Below, piece by piece: positions 1 through 13,400 of a stretch of DNA of 64,000 nucleotides. The DNA is from Euprymna scolopes (lineage: Eukaryota). The notes under the pieces are model-generated. The model did no database searches, had not been told where the DNA came from, and saw only the letters and a program-made list of their open reading frames with translations. The stretch lies in NCBI GenBank assembly GCA_053919585.1, contig CM132792.1; one strand, given 5' to 3'. Both the position numbers and the translations under genes were made by a program. Numbering within the stretch: the stretch's first letter is position 1; each line of letters begins with the position of its first letter.

Positions 1-878
1 ATTGGCATCCCCCGAAAGTAAAAAAAATGAAGTATACTAAAGAAATAGTAAAAAAAATAATTTGGTAAACAAATGTACATTAATTAGATGTATCAAAATA
101 TAATAGAGAGGAGCATTGCTTACGCAGGTAGAGAAATTACATATGAGCTAGGATTGTTATGGAGACGAGTGGAACAAAAGTACCGGATATATATTTTAAT
201 AACTTTCAAGAGCGAAGGAAATGTTACCATGGTTGGGAGAGATTTGTGACGGCCGATGACAATTTTCAAGACTTGCTAGATTGACAAAATGAAAATCAGC
301 TCGCTGTTTAGACCAGTGAGATATAGATTTGAGAGGTGTAAATGAGCTGACATCAAACAACGGAATTACAACCGACATACGTTTAAGATATAGAGTTTTA
401 GCGCCTACAACGTATCTTCCCACTATGGTGCAGCTAATATTTATAGGAAGCATCAGAGGCTGTGTTTTCATGTGTAGTTGTTATATTTTAAAACTCGTAG
501 GACAGTCATAAATTTGTGATAGACGATTGTACTATCAGAATGAGTAGTAACGAGGAAAGAACTGCATCCACAGTACACATCGATGTGGGCGCCAGTTATG
601 ATGTCGGCGATGGATGACGGTGCTTTTTACACCCTGACAAATATTGCTTTCTGTTTGAGCGTCTCGAACGCTATATATAATTTTGATTGATGTGTCTGCA
701 CAGAAGCAAATAATTCCGTTTTTATTAAGAAATCATTTAGATTATAATAAACGAGTAAAATTATAGGATTTATTTCAAACTTGTACACATTTTACAATTT
801 TATATATTGCTGAAGGAGAATTTTTGGGAACTTACGGTACTAAAATGCTCTATTGATATTCACATGCATTCAGTAATA

Positions 879-1511
879 CGAGTGGCGTGCAATAAGTAAT
901 GCCCCTGACCCAATTCCCATTGCAGTAGAAACTTGGCACAGTTATTAGTCTTTCTCTACATAGGAACCACCCAGAGTTATGCATTTCTCCCATCGTTTGA
1001 TGCAGCTCTGGAGACCGTTTTTATAGAACACTCCATGTTGATCCTCCAACCACGACGTTACTTCAGAAATCCAGGCTGCGTCATCTGGGAAACGTTTTCC
1101 TTTCAAAATCCAACTTAATTGCTGGGAAGAGGTGAAAGTACGAGGGTGCAAGGTCAGGAGAGCAGGGAGGATGGGGAACGATTTCATATCCACACGCTCG
1201 TGCTTCTGATCTGGCGACATGCGAGCTGTGGACCGGGGCGTTGTACTTCAGGAGGACGGTAGCTTTGCTTATCAAAAGTCTTCTGTGGTGTGCGTCCTTT
1301 TAAATACAAAAACCAGATCAGTGCTCGACATTCAACAGGCTCCAGTTCACACCTGACTCAATTCAAACAAGTATAAAATAGAAACCACAATTAGTTCAAA
1401 GTTGTAATTTGCCACATAACCCGTGGAGATATAAATCATTGCACATGCAAAATTTCAGCTTGATCAGCCAACTGGAAGTTGGTCAGGACATTACTTATTG
1501 CACGCCCCTCG
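879..1511 (-). mobile_element. Internally deleted mariner (DD34D) transposon with TIRs
   Basis: Left TIR TA|cgagtggcgtgcaataagtaatgcccctgacc matches right TIR ggtcaggacattacttattgcacgcccctcg. Minus-strand peptides: LEPVECRALIWFLYLKG (N-terminus), NAPVH, PHPPCSPDLAPSYFHLF, KGKRF, FYKNGLQSCIKRWEKCI (C-terminus). Confidence 0.92.
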
Positions 1512-1619
1512 TCTCGTATATGTTTATCCTTGATCTTTTGTCTTGTCATACTGAAATTGGGCTAGTTTATGGTGATGAAGAGAGCCATTGACCAACTGTA
1601 CTTTCTTATATATAAGCCT

Positions 1620-2760
1620 CTAAAAAATTAACGAGGGCAAATTAGCGCATACTGATTTGTTTGGTGACTTTAAATAAGAGAGTGGTCTATGCCAACCAAT
1701 ATAACTTGAAATCGCATCTATTACTTGTACTTGGTAAAGCATAAATTACTTGATAAAACGTACCTTAATGGAACAAGCGCGCGAATCAAGACAGTGGATT
1801 CTTTATTATTTTCATTCAACACAATAGATTCTTAAAATTCTGCAGTTTTTATTTAAAGAAACATTAAACTTTTACTCGTGTGTTAAGAAAAGTATTTAAT
1901 TCATTAATTATTGGTGTTGTAAAATACAATGCCTTTCTCTTGAACAAATCTAACTCGCTCGTCGATTTTACACAAGTGTCGACTTCTCCGTTATATCATT
2001 GATTTCCTATGTTACATAAAATTATGGTAAGAAATACACTTTATTTCAATTTTACTATTGCATTGATGGATACAAACAGTGATAAATTTACGAGCGTATA
2101 TTACAAATGACACATCGACTTAGTTGAATAAATCATGCGTTTGGAACACTGTGTGCGATAATAAAGATTAATTATAAGTTAGATCAATCAAATCACTTTT
2201 CATAGTCTATTGATATTAGCATAAATAACCACAGTAAACATCTCGCGGTTCTTTACGTTAAAACGTTATTAATGGTGCTGTCATCATTCACTATACTTCC
2301 AGAGTTATGCCTATATTTCGTGCATCTCTGCGGATGTAAACTCAAATCAATAGAAATCAGACAGAGGTTGTTACTGATAGAATTCGCCGGCATCGTCTAT
2401 ATTTCCTCTACTAAAATCTGGCGGTAGCCATTCTCACCTTTGTCTACTTAAATCCACAGACCATTCCATCTTCTTTTGTTTTATTTTCTTCGCTTGCCGC
2501 CTTCGTTTGTCAATACTTTTCCTCTTAGATGTCTTTCTACGTTTTATTGTAGGTCGTGCGGGTATTAATGCTGACGAGTCACTTCCTTCTTTATATTGGA
2601 ACGCACGTCAAACGAAAGTGGATGGGATTTTTATGTCTTGCACATCGATCGTCATGCTTTTCATTTTCGTTATTTCTTTAGGAACGCCTCAATTATACAT
2701 ATCATTTTTTCTCGGTCGTACACTTTTTTTCCGATTTTGTATACGTCTTTTATTACTTTT
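1620..2760 (-). mobile_element. Highly decayed non-LTR retrotransposon RT relic, probably RTE clade
   Basis: Only short minus-strand remnants resembling C.NYRGITL (~2290-2330) and GPD.IPAE (~2380-2397). No open frame; boundaries approximate. Confidence 0.3.
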
Positions 2761-4174
2761 CTATCTAAATGTTTCGTACGCTTACTTTATTTCCTTCTCC
2801 TGTTGTCCCATTCCATGATTCAATATTCGTAATCAAATTTTTACTCGAATTAAGCCATGAAACTGTATATTTGTTCATTACTAGCCGGGCTACATAGCTG
2901 TGTAACGTGAAATAAACACATTTTTCTGAAAACAGGGTTCGGTTTAGATATAATGAGATTGACACAGAAGGATTGGTAAAAATTTATAATAAGAATTACA
3001 ACACCCATATAGATTAAAAAAAATTCTAGGTGTAAGTAGACACGTACTTCAAAACGCGTATGGGATTATTGTGATAATTTGGAATGAGGACGTGAACAAA
3101 AGTATAAATATATAACCATCTGTGTTTTATGGCATTACATGTTGGAAACCATGTTAACAAACAATTTTAGAATAAGGCCAACAATTATTAAAATATTCAG
3201 ACAGTAAAATAAGTACTGTAATCGCCATGGGTATGTCATCTACATTTTTACCCAATTAAAACGCTGTTAAACTTACTGCATTTAACCACAAAAAGTGTAT
3301 AACCCAGTTCTACTACAAACATAAGTGATATGTGAAAACAATGTTATATTTATTGTATTTTTATTTGAATCCGGTAGGATTCTCGGAAGGGTCAACAACT
3401 TAGCAATATGTAGAATTAAATTATAAAATTCATTTAAATATATATGAAACTAGCGAAGCATTTAGATAAACGCTAACGTTATGTAAGAAAAATGTGCACA
3501 TAACACATTTATTAAGACCTCAAAAAAGCAAGTAAATATAAATTAACGAAATATTTTATTTTCTGTAATTATTTAATTTCTAAAAATTAAACTGGTTTGG
3601 CAAATATAAACAGCGTTGCCCGTAAATAGTCTGTGGATAGTAAAATTAAAATACTACTATCTGAAGGTTAAGCCGAGTATACAAGACTGCGCTAAAATGT
3701 TTGCACCGCCGGTTTCCTTTCCCCGCTACTCATCCTGGACAATCGTTTATTTGGTTGCAACGTAAGTTCATTGAATAAAACGCAAGACACCACCACAAAG
3801 TCCTGCCCTATCCGGCTCTCTTATAAATTTTTGAGAAAGTTTAATATATACTAACAGAATTTGGTGGCAATAAGTTTGCATATTTTCAATTCTTCCAGTT
3901 TCTCTATATGTCGTAACATGTGTAGGACGGTATTAATTAATACGGACGAAGCATTATCAGTCCGGTCGGTACAATCAAACAGTAGAATAATTTCTATCCC
4001 AAATAATTCCACAAATATCGCTTAAAATACACTTGAAAACGTATGATTCTGTTCACCATTCCATATTGTGAACGATTATTTATTAATGGCCTATTTATTT
4101 CAGTTAATAATTATGTCAGTGTTTTTTTTATTATGTCGTTTAAGTTTATTCCTCTCCCTGCTTTACATTTATGC

Positions 4175-5015
4175 ACGAGGTGCCGTCAATAAATTGTGAG
4201 ACGTTTTAGTATAAGCATTCAAATTGTCATTGTGATTGAAAATTCAGTATTTTATTAACTTATGAGATAAGTGACATTTTTTTATGATTTTAGTTTATAT
4301 TGGACAGCTACAGCAGGAATGTGAACTTTTATCATTTTAGTTTTAACTGAACAATTACAGAAGGAATTTGATAACCACTACATCACCATTTATCAATGTT
4401 GTCACATCGGCTGTCACACTTGGAGAATTTGGACGTGAGGAAACTTTCAAAGAAATATATTCAATAAAAGTTTAAACTGGGAAAAATGCCACAGTAACGT
4501 ATGGAATGATTCAGACTGCTTTAGTTTAATTTTGCATTAATCAAGCATCAGTTCTTGAGTTGCATAGGGGATTTGAGGAATGCAACGAGTTTTTGAGGAA
4601 TGTTTGATGTGTGGAAGTAGTAAGGAAATTAGAACACCAGAATTGATTTGGCAAATAAAGGATTTCCAGAATAATACCACCGTGTTTCTATAGAGACAAT
4701 GATTGCACAGTTTCATGTAAGTGTGGGAACTGTACACACAAGTATTCACAAGGAAGTGAGGATGCGGAAACTCTATCCTTGTCACAGATTATTTGACCAC
4801 AAGGAATATGAAGACAGTGTCTAACCCTCCCTATACTTCACCCGTTATTCCCTGTGACTTTTGTTTATTCCCTAAGCTCAAGGAAAACATCAGAGTATTT
4901 CGTTATCGGACACTTGAAGAGATGAAAGAGGTTGTGACAAGCATTATTGACACGCTTCCACAAAAGGATTCTTATGGAGCTTTTCAGAAGTTGTACGAAC
5001 GGGGCATGTGCATTA
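4175..5015 (+). mobile_element. Decayed, internally deleted mariner transposon (second family)
   Basis: Remnants FKLGKNAT.TYGMIQTA (~4470-4520), PPYTSP...CDFCLFPKLKENIR and EEMKEVVTSIIDTL...GAFQKL. TIR-like start acgaggtgccgtcaataa; the right end is replaced by a LINE fragment. Confidence 0.85.
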
Positions 5016-5019
5016 CGTA

Positions 5020-5465
5020 TTTTAAGAAGGCAAGACGAACACACAATGCCAGAGAAATTTCAACGAGGAATGAAGTTCATTGTGTGTGGCAGATACCTTT
5101 TCTCAAATATTGGTTTTGTAAATCATCTGAAATCAAGCAATCAAAGACATGAAAAAGACTTATGAAGATGCTGTTATAGCACCTTCGACAATGTTTAATT
5201 GCAATATTTGTGGTCTAATCTGCAAATCTAAAAGAGGCCTGACACGACATTCGAGGATTCACAATATTATTACGCGATCACCTATACAAGAAGGAACATT
5301 TTTATGTCACATATGAAATTACACATATGTGCCATAAAAATGTGGCATAAAGATGTGTCACATATGAAAGTACACATATGTGACACAGCTGGATGAAAGC
5401 GTCACGAAGGTGCAGACAGACGCATGACACAAATTAGAAGGTATGGCAAATCTATCAAAAAGAGG
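5020..5465 (+). mobile_element. 3' end of an RTE-type LINE with C-terminal C2H2 zinc fingers
   Basis: CGRYLFSNIGFVNHLKS (degenerate finger), intact FNCNICGLICKSKRGLTRHSRIH (5194-5262) and a third start FLCHI. C-terminal C2H2 fingers occur in some RTE ORF2 proteins. Ends at an assembly gap. Confidence 0.55.
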
Positions 5466-5666
5466 NNNNNNNNNNNNNNNNNNNNNNNNNNNNNNNNNNN
5501 NNNNNNNNNNNNNNNNNNNNNNNNNNNNNNNNNNNNNNNNNNNNNNNNNNNNNNNNNNNNNNNNNNNNNNNNNNNNNNNNNNNNNNNNNNNNNNNNNNNN
5601 NNNNNNNNNNNNNNNNNNNNNNNNNNNNNNNNNNNNNNNNNNNNNNNNNNNNNNNNNNNNNNNNNN

Positions 5667-8476
5667 GATCTCATCAGTGTAGTAAACTATAATTCAGTCG
5701 GGTTATTTCCATAACATTACAAAAGTTATCATTCATTCTGTAAGATGGTATTCACACCCATTCTTCATGTATTTTTTTTACATAAATCACATACTAACTA
5801 GGGCTATATAAACGTATATGCTTTTCCTTGTTTTTATTCTCAGTTATATATTCATTGATATCTTATATGTTTTTATGTAGTGTGATATGGTTGTCTGTTG
5901 ATTAATTTTGTCTAACTGTGTCAAATGTATACTTGAGAGTCAACACAATTAAAAGAATATGTTGTTGTCATAGCTCTAATAATAACATCATATTTTAATA
6001 TAATTTAATTTAGATTTTTGCTGCCTCTCAAAATACACTATAGAATAGTGAATTACTGATTCACATCAATGATTACATCTATTTATTATGACGCTATTTG
6101 TCCGTCTATCTAGGGTAGTATACCAAACTATTCTATTAATACTTTATCATTAATTGTATTATTTTATTTTCTTGCGGGTCTCAATTCAGTTTACTAAACT
6201 TTTTTTCCGATTATTGCAGTATAGTTTATTATAAGCGTTCCGGTCGACATAAATCCCAGCGTTCTTCAGATGTATATCATAAAGATCAAGAATCTCACTA
6301 TATAACTTTTTAATCTTCACAAATTCGAACCGAAAGGATTAATTCATCAAAAGTTCAGGCAGATTGCCGAGTCCCATAGAACCATGATTGAGAACAAGAT
6401 TTACTGGAAGAATTTTCTATCTACAGGAACTTAGTAAATATTACACTGAATATATATGCAGTATTAGGAATGACCCAAACAGGTATTGTAGTGTCTCCTA
6501 CACCCATGATATCATACACCAAATATTTAGCCCCTTATTTTATTAGATGTTCGTAAATAGCTATTTTGTTCTTTGCCCAACCCTATTACAGTGAAGTACA
6601 ATATTGTTTCTGTTTAAACACTATATAACGGTTTGACTCCAATTTGTTGTATGGACCATATGTTTGCTTGTCACTAGACCACATTTCCAGACGTTCTGAG
6701 ATAATAGAATACATTCCATAAAATACTATACTCCCATACATAACTCCTTCATTTGGATAAAGTATATTATATGTTAGACTTTTATTATTCTATCTAACTT
6801 CGGCAACTAAATTATTTCCCCGGAGTTAGCAAATACAAGCTAGTAAGTATAATGCAATTTTATGATTGCAGCCCTATTTTCCAATCTCATATCGGTTAAA
6901 ATATAGAGGAAGGCTATACACGCATTTGGGTGCCAATATAATTCTTAACAGTGTATTGTTTATTTGTTTTAAGACCAAGGCAATAGTCACTGGCACATAT
7001 GAAATTTATTAAGAGTTCATTTAACTATAACTTACACATTTGGCTTACATACACACCTATACACAAACGCATCGGGCAGCACATCAATATTATACCCATT
7101 CTTATTAATACGAAATTTGTCGTAATATTCTTAATAGTTTGTTTGCATACACTTTATTAAAAACCACTCATCTGCTTTACACATATTCACTGTCGTTTTA
7201 CAAATGCATACGTTCTCCTTGAAAAACTTTCTATTTTGAACATTTATTCAATGCTATCTCTCTATTAATTCCGGATTTATATTTTCCCATCTTGTTTGCT
7301 CTCAAATCTTTTTCGTAATAAATGTCTTTTCTCATATCAAGATCTCTTTCACTTATCCGTATTTCCACTCGAGTTAATACTCCTATTTGATGACTCCTGA
7401 CAATGTTGAACATTTTCATTTGTTATAGTGCCAAGATGCCTACCTTACGTCTATAGTAATCACATTAAATTCTCTCTTTTTATTTCTAATTCGTTATTTG
7501 TGTACATTTCATCAATATCTCTCAAGCTATCTACATCCGGAAATCTATCAAATGCGATACACATTCATAGCAAACACTTGCGCCTTTATAAAAATACGGA
7601 TTCTGTTTGTGCTATTATTCGTTCGTTGTTTATTTTTTTAAAGGTTTTAACTGTATAACATCAGTTTGGTTGCATTTATGTTCGGCCATTCTGTCTTATT
7701 GTTCATTCAGGATAAAACACCCGTTGTTTGTTTTGATTTCATGAACTGGAATTTAGTATCATTTGGATTATTAAGAATATTATTCTCATATTTCATGTTA
7801 TTTCCACAATGTTTCTAGTGATGTAACCGATTTTGTTCAGGTGTCTCTTGTCGAACACGGAAATACATTTATCAAACTCGGGAATCTGTTCGGAACGCCG
7901 AAAGATTTACCACTTCGCTCAGATATCTGCAAAAACGGTGGTAGGGGAGGCAACCACCGAAAATATAACATTCAGATCCATCCCATCAAATATGGAAAAC
8001 TCTCCATCTGTTACCGAGCTGTGTGTACTCTGATGATATTTTTATTCCATGAGGAGTGACTAGTAGTGTTAGTGGCAGATTAATAGAGCATGCATATCAC
8101 TGGCGGAATCAAATGAACACTTTAATAGTGTTCTCAACTTGTGTGTTTTTCAACAACGTTTCTGCGATACTCCCTAGTTGTCTCTAGTCGGACGTGAAAT
8201 CTTTTTATCAATAAGGTATCTGCACGGAATGTCGTACAGAAGAATGTATTTCATTCTTCAAGGTACCATGATCCTTTTCCATCAGACATGATATAAGAAA
8301 AAAAGTAATTTGAATCCAATACTATTTTTTTATATTAGTGTTTTAGAAACAGGATTAGAAAGTGCCACCCCGTGTAATAATTTTGAAACAATAATTAGAC
8401 TTGCTTCAGTTTGAAATAATTTATTCATCGGTGACTCAAGACAGAATTGATAGCCAAATATTTTCTATTGATATAG

Positions 8477-8480
<4 letters not shown>
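5667..8480 (-). mobile_element. Very decayed Penelope-like element relic
   Basis: Minus-strand remnants KTHK (~8137-8150) and KNGYNID (~7083-7104). Minus-strand hammerhead-core relics at 5671-5677 and 6235-6269. Flanked by (TA)n. Confidence 0.35.
7660..8060 (-). mobile_element. Non-coding element with two tandem degenerate hammerhead motifs (retrozyme/pLTR-like)
   Basis: Minus strand reads cacCTGAACA...GAAAcattgtgg (7803-7844), then ~130 nt later cCTGAATGA...ggccGAAcat (7678-7712). Same layout as 40382-40870. Confidence 0.5.
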
Positions 8481-8523
<43 letters not shown>

Positions 8524-9247
8524 GATTCGAAATTGTTGGTCACAATGGTTTTAACAAATTAAATATATTGAACAAATAACCATATGTTATGACAGATAGT
8601 ACAATCTGTATGTCAATATTATGACATTATCCCGTAGCTTGTCAACATTACCTTCAATCTTAAACGGATGCCGATATGTCTGGAATGTGTAGCTTACTTC
8701 TGAAGTAATACGATATATGTTAATATGTGGTATATATTTCTGGTGCATAAATATCCAATGGGAGTAGTGATGCTGACAACTTTAACAGCGGAAGCACAGC
8801 GATATTCCTGCGTATCTATTTTTATGTAACACCAGCTGTTTTCGCAATCGAGCAATTATTGTTAATGAGTCGTAAAAGCACACATAATGAGAAATATTGA
8901 ATAAATCATAGCAGCATATATGTAGTTTTCGTTTTACCTGCAAGTCAAATGATTCAGTCCCTCTTTACTGTATTGCGTTACAGTGGAGACGAAAGTGTCA
9001 AAAAGTAATCGATCCCCCAAATGTTACACGTGTAGATCAAGTAAAAGCACCCAATATATATGTCCATCTCATGCTTATGACGTTTATCGATTTTAGTTTA
9101 ACGTTGGGGGCAGTATGAACGTGTTATTGTTAAAATTGCCATAGGTTTATATTATATTAGAGTGGTTTTGTTTGTTTTAATTGCATTACACATTTAATAA
9201 GCTAAACCTTCTTGTTTTGAAGACACAGTTAGTTTATAATTTATTGC

Positions 9248-9492
9248 TGTTATATTTTCATTTAAATTGGTTTGTTCTTACTGTTTAAAATATTTTCATT
9301 TAAATTGTGTTTTTCTCACAATTGAAAAAAATAGATATGCAAATTCATTTTCTCACCACGTGATTTTGCACGTGTTCCATTTTTTTTTAAAGACCAAGTT
9401 CCTTCTTTCTTGCTTTAGTAGCTGTGGATTTTGTTCAATAAGGCCTTGGAAAGAGGTTCTATTTTACGTCTTCATTTACTTACAACACTACA
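9248..9492 (+). repeat. 5' LTR
   Basis: tgttatattttc...caacactaca; direct repeat of 14596-14837 (roughly 85-90% identical by eye). Contains an internal ~38-bp tandem duplication. Confidence 0.93.
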
Positions 9493-9523
9493 ATTTATTG
9501 AACAACAATTGTTATTTCACCTC

Positions 9524-10464
9524 ATGGAGAAGATCATTCGTCTGGACAAATTTGACGAATCCTCGACAGACTTTACAGCCTGCAAGCTTTGGAGATTGTA
9601 GCATCGTAACTTTAATTACTATTTTTCCACTATTGCTTAGTTAAACCCTGATGAACTCGAAGTTCTTTATATAACATCTGTACAACCGTTGCTGCCGTTA
9701 TCGAGAGTTGTTCAAGATTTGAACACTCTGTCGAATTACTGATAGGTGTTTACAAAAAGTCTCCAAGCATTATTCATGCTAGACATCTGCTTTCCCCGCG
9801 TCTGCAACAAGAAAACGCGTCTATCGACCATTATGTTCAGGTCTTGAATCGACTTGCTGCTGACTGTTACTTTAAAGACGTTACTGCTACTACTTACCGG
9901 GATGAATCTGTCCGTGATGCGTTTATACCTGGTTTCGAATCCTCAGTAATACGTGCTAGACTACTTGAAAATGATACGCTAACTCTCAATGAGGCTACTA
10001 AATGGCATAGGGCTGTAGAACAAGCTCACTCTCGTGCTGAAGCATGCATTTCTCAGATTGGAGCCGCCGCTACTACTACTACTACTACTACTATTTCTAC
10101 TATTACTACTACTACTATTAGAAATAACAATGTGTCTACTGATACTGCCGAGGAGGCCACTTTTACTAACATTCCTGATTCTATTGGTCCTCGTATGGAG
10201 TATGACTCTGTACAATTTTCTGCTGGCCTTCCTGTTCATGGCAAGTGTTACAACTGTGGAGGGATACGTCACCTTAAGGATGATCACTGTCATTGTGCTG
10301 TCCGCGATAAGGTATGTCGAAACTGTGGTAATTTCTCCAAAGTTTGTCGTTCTACTATGCCGACATCTTCACGTTCTACTTCTGCTATTATGGTAGCCCA
10401 TGCTAAAGGTGGTGATAGGTGCCCTCCCATTACTAAAATTGTCGAATTAAAAGGAAAAAAATAA
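9524..10464 (+). pseudogene. gag: gag pseudogene with tandem CCHC zinc knuckles
   Basis: Starts MEKIIRLDKFD; continues RDAFIPG...IRARLLEN.TLTL and KCYNCGGIRH...CAVRDKVCRNCG..SKVCRS. Contains stops/frameshifts and an in-frame (ACT)n expansion. Confidence 0.88.
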
Positions 10465-13400
10465 ACTGCCCTCATAGACACCGGCAGTTCTGATAACTTT
10501 TTCAGTGCTCGTATTGTTAGAAAAATGAAGCTGTCTACTTCAACACGTAATTCTGTAATTTCCATGACATCATCCGTCGTTTCCCTCCAACTATCATAAT
10601 AGTGCACGGAGAAAATTTCCTTCAATGGTTGCGAGTATAAAGAAATTGACTTTACAATGCTTCCTGATTCCTGTATTAGTATTATACTCGGAGTGCCTTT
10701 TTTGAAACTATATCATGGTATCACTATTTCTTTTCGTGGACCTCAGGATATTCTAAAAATCTGCCTCCTAACCAAGATCAAATGTGCTTCTGTGAAATTG
10801 TTCTGAAACTTAGCCCATGATTGCAAAGATATTCTACAAAATCCGGAAATTACACAGCGGAGAAAGATGGATTGTTTGCAAAGTAAATTCTACAAATGTG
10901 TGAGGATAGTTTAATTGAAACAAGTTACTCAGGAATGCGCGCCTAGACTGTTGTTACGTCGTCGCCTCATTAAAAGAAACGATTAGTAGTTGATTTCTCC
11001 CATACTAGTAATCATTTCACCTTACTTGATTCATACTCTTTGCCTCGAATTGAAGATTTCGGGAACCTTAATATCGTATATTTAGTACAGCTGACTCATC
11101 CAAAGCGTACTACCAGATCGAAATTTGCCCCGAAGATCAGCCGTACACGGTCTTTCAAGCTGGAAATAATTTGCACCATTCCAAACGATTACACTAATGG
11201 GGTTACTGCTTTTCAACGGTTTATGGATTCGTTCATTTCTGACAACAAATTATCTGGAACTTTTTCATATGCAGATGATATTCCTATTTGTGGTAAAAAT
11301 TCAGGAGGAACGTGATGTTTATTTGGAATTATTTTAAAGGCTGCCTCGACATATAACCTTGACATAAACCGAGAAAAAACAAAGTTTGCATTTAATATCA
11401 TCAATTTGCTGGGGGTACCAAATTAGTAACGGGACTATGCAACCAGATCCTGCACAGTTGAAACCTCTTTTACAAATGCCTTCTCCTTCCAATTCAGATT
11501 CGTTTAAGAGGTGTCTTGGAATATTTGGGTACTACGCCAAATTGATACCTAAGTATTCATACAAAATTCGTCAACTGGTCGAAAATAAACAATTTCTCAT
11601 GCCTCCTATATTTATCAATTCCTTGATAAAAATCAGGAAAGACGTTGCCGGATCGTCTGTAAAAGTTATTGATGATGAATTACCACTTACAATTGAAATC
11701 GATGCTTCAGAAAATGCTATCGGAGTCACGCTCTTACAGGCTGAGAGGTATGTTGCGTTCTTTTCCCGATCGCTATACCCATCTGAAATACGACTTCAAA
11801 TGGTTGAGAAAGAGTCTTATGCCATAGTCCGAAAATGGAGGGATCTCCTTGCTGGGAATCTCTTTACTAATGTACTAGACCAGCAAATAATATCTTTTAT
11901 GTTTAAACCTGCTAATCGATGGAAAATTAAAAATGATTAAAGTATATGGTTGAAAAATGGAACGTCTCCTGTTGTCATACGCCATATAATGCCGTCCCGG
12001 AAGTAAACACATTGTTGCCGATGCATTATCGAGAGTACGTAGTGCTGTTGCTTATTCCTTGGAGGAACTAAAGTCACTACACAATTCATTAATACATCCT
12101 AGAGTACAGCGTTTTGGGGCATTTTGTAAGGTCACGATATATACCATATTCAGTTGATGAAGCCCGGCGTGTGACATCTGAATGTGCGACTTGTGCCAAA
12201 ATAAAACCTCAATTCTTCGATTCTACTAATAATACAGTGATCCGTTCTACTGCTCGCTTTCAGCGCTTCTCCATGTACTGCAAATGATCTTCGACGAAAT
12301 AGCTCCAGTTCTCTCCAAACTCTACAACAAATGCCTTAATGAATATTGTTTCCCGGACTGCTGGAGGACTGTTTCTGAGGTACCAGTTTTCAAGAATTCT
12401 GGCGAAAAAAATAACCCATTAATTTATCGCCCTATTAGCCTTCTCCCACTTTTTACCAAAATATGTGAGTCCATAAAAAACAAGCTCTAGTCAATCGCCT
12501 TACAGATGCTAAACTTCTGACTGACCAAATTATGGATTTAGGTAAGCCCGTTCCACAGCGGTCATCCTAACTGTAATCTCTGCACGTATATACCTTTCAC
12601 TGGACAAAGAGCGGGAGAGTGGAGCGGAAGCTCTAGATATATCTAAGGTTTTTGACAGGGTATGACATGAGGGTCTCCTTAGGAAAATCAGATTATACGG
12701 TATCGCTGGAAGATTACTTCATCAAATTTATCTTTGATGAGAGAAAAATCCTTGGACCTCTATTATTCCTAATATTCATAAATAACCTCCCCGACAAAAT
12801 TGCCCCTTAGATGGTTATCTATGCTGATGACACCACCCTCTATAACAGGCATGACAGGAAAACAAATGAACACATATCTAAAGAAATGGCAGACACACTA
12901 GAGGAATCTGTAGTTGAATGGGGACAAAAATGGGCGTTCCCATTCAAGTCTGCAAAGACTAAACTTGTTTCTTTAAATAATTACAAGAAACCTTCTCTAC
13001 CACCTATAGCAATGGGCAATGCCTCTTTATCTGAAAGTACCTCTTTTAAACTCCTTGGCTTAAGCTTCACAGAAAACATGAGCTGAACAATTACATTGAA
13101 AGCATTTCCAGGCCCGCTGCGAAGAAGCTAGGCTCTCTCTCTACCTTGCTAGAAAACTACTAACACCCGAAAGTATCCTATACCTTTATAAGGCCACCAT
13201 TCGCCAATCTCTGGAGTAATGTAGTCATATTTAAACTGGGGCATCTGCTACTAGTCTCTCGCTCTTAGACAAGGTTCAACAGAGTCGCCAATCTGATAGG
13301 TCCTTAACAGTCCTCTGAGCTTCAGCCTCTGTCCCATCGACGAAATACTGCAATCCTTTGCCTGTTCTGCAAGTATTTTAATGGTTAATGCTTTGACGAA

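Noticed and set aside
1-760. Possible Penelope GIY-YIG/pLTR relic
   Set aside because: Only vague motif resemblance; not supportable by eye.
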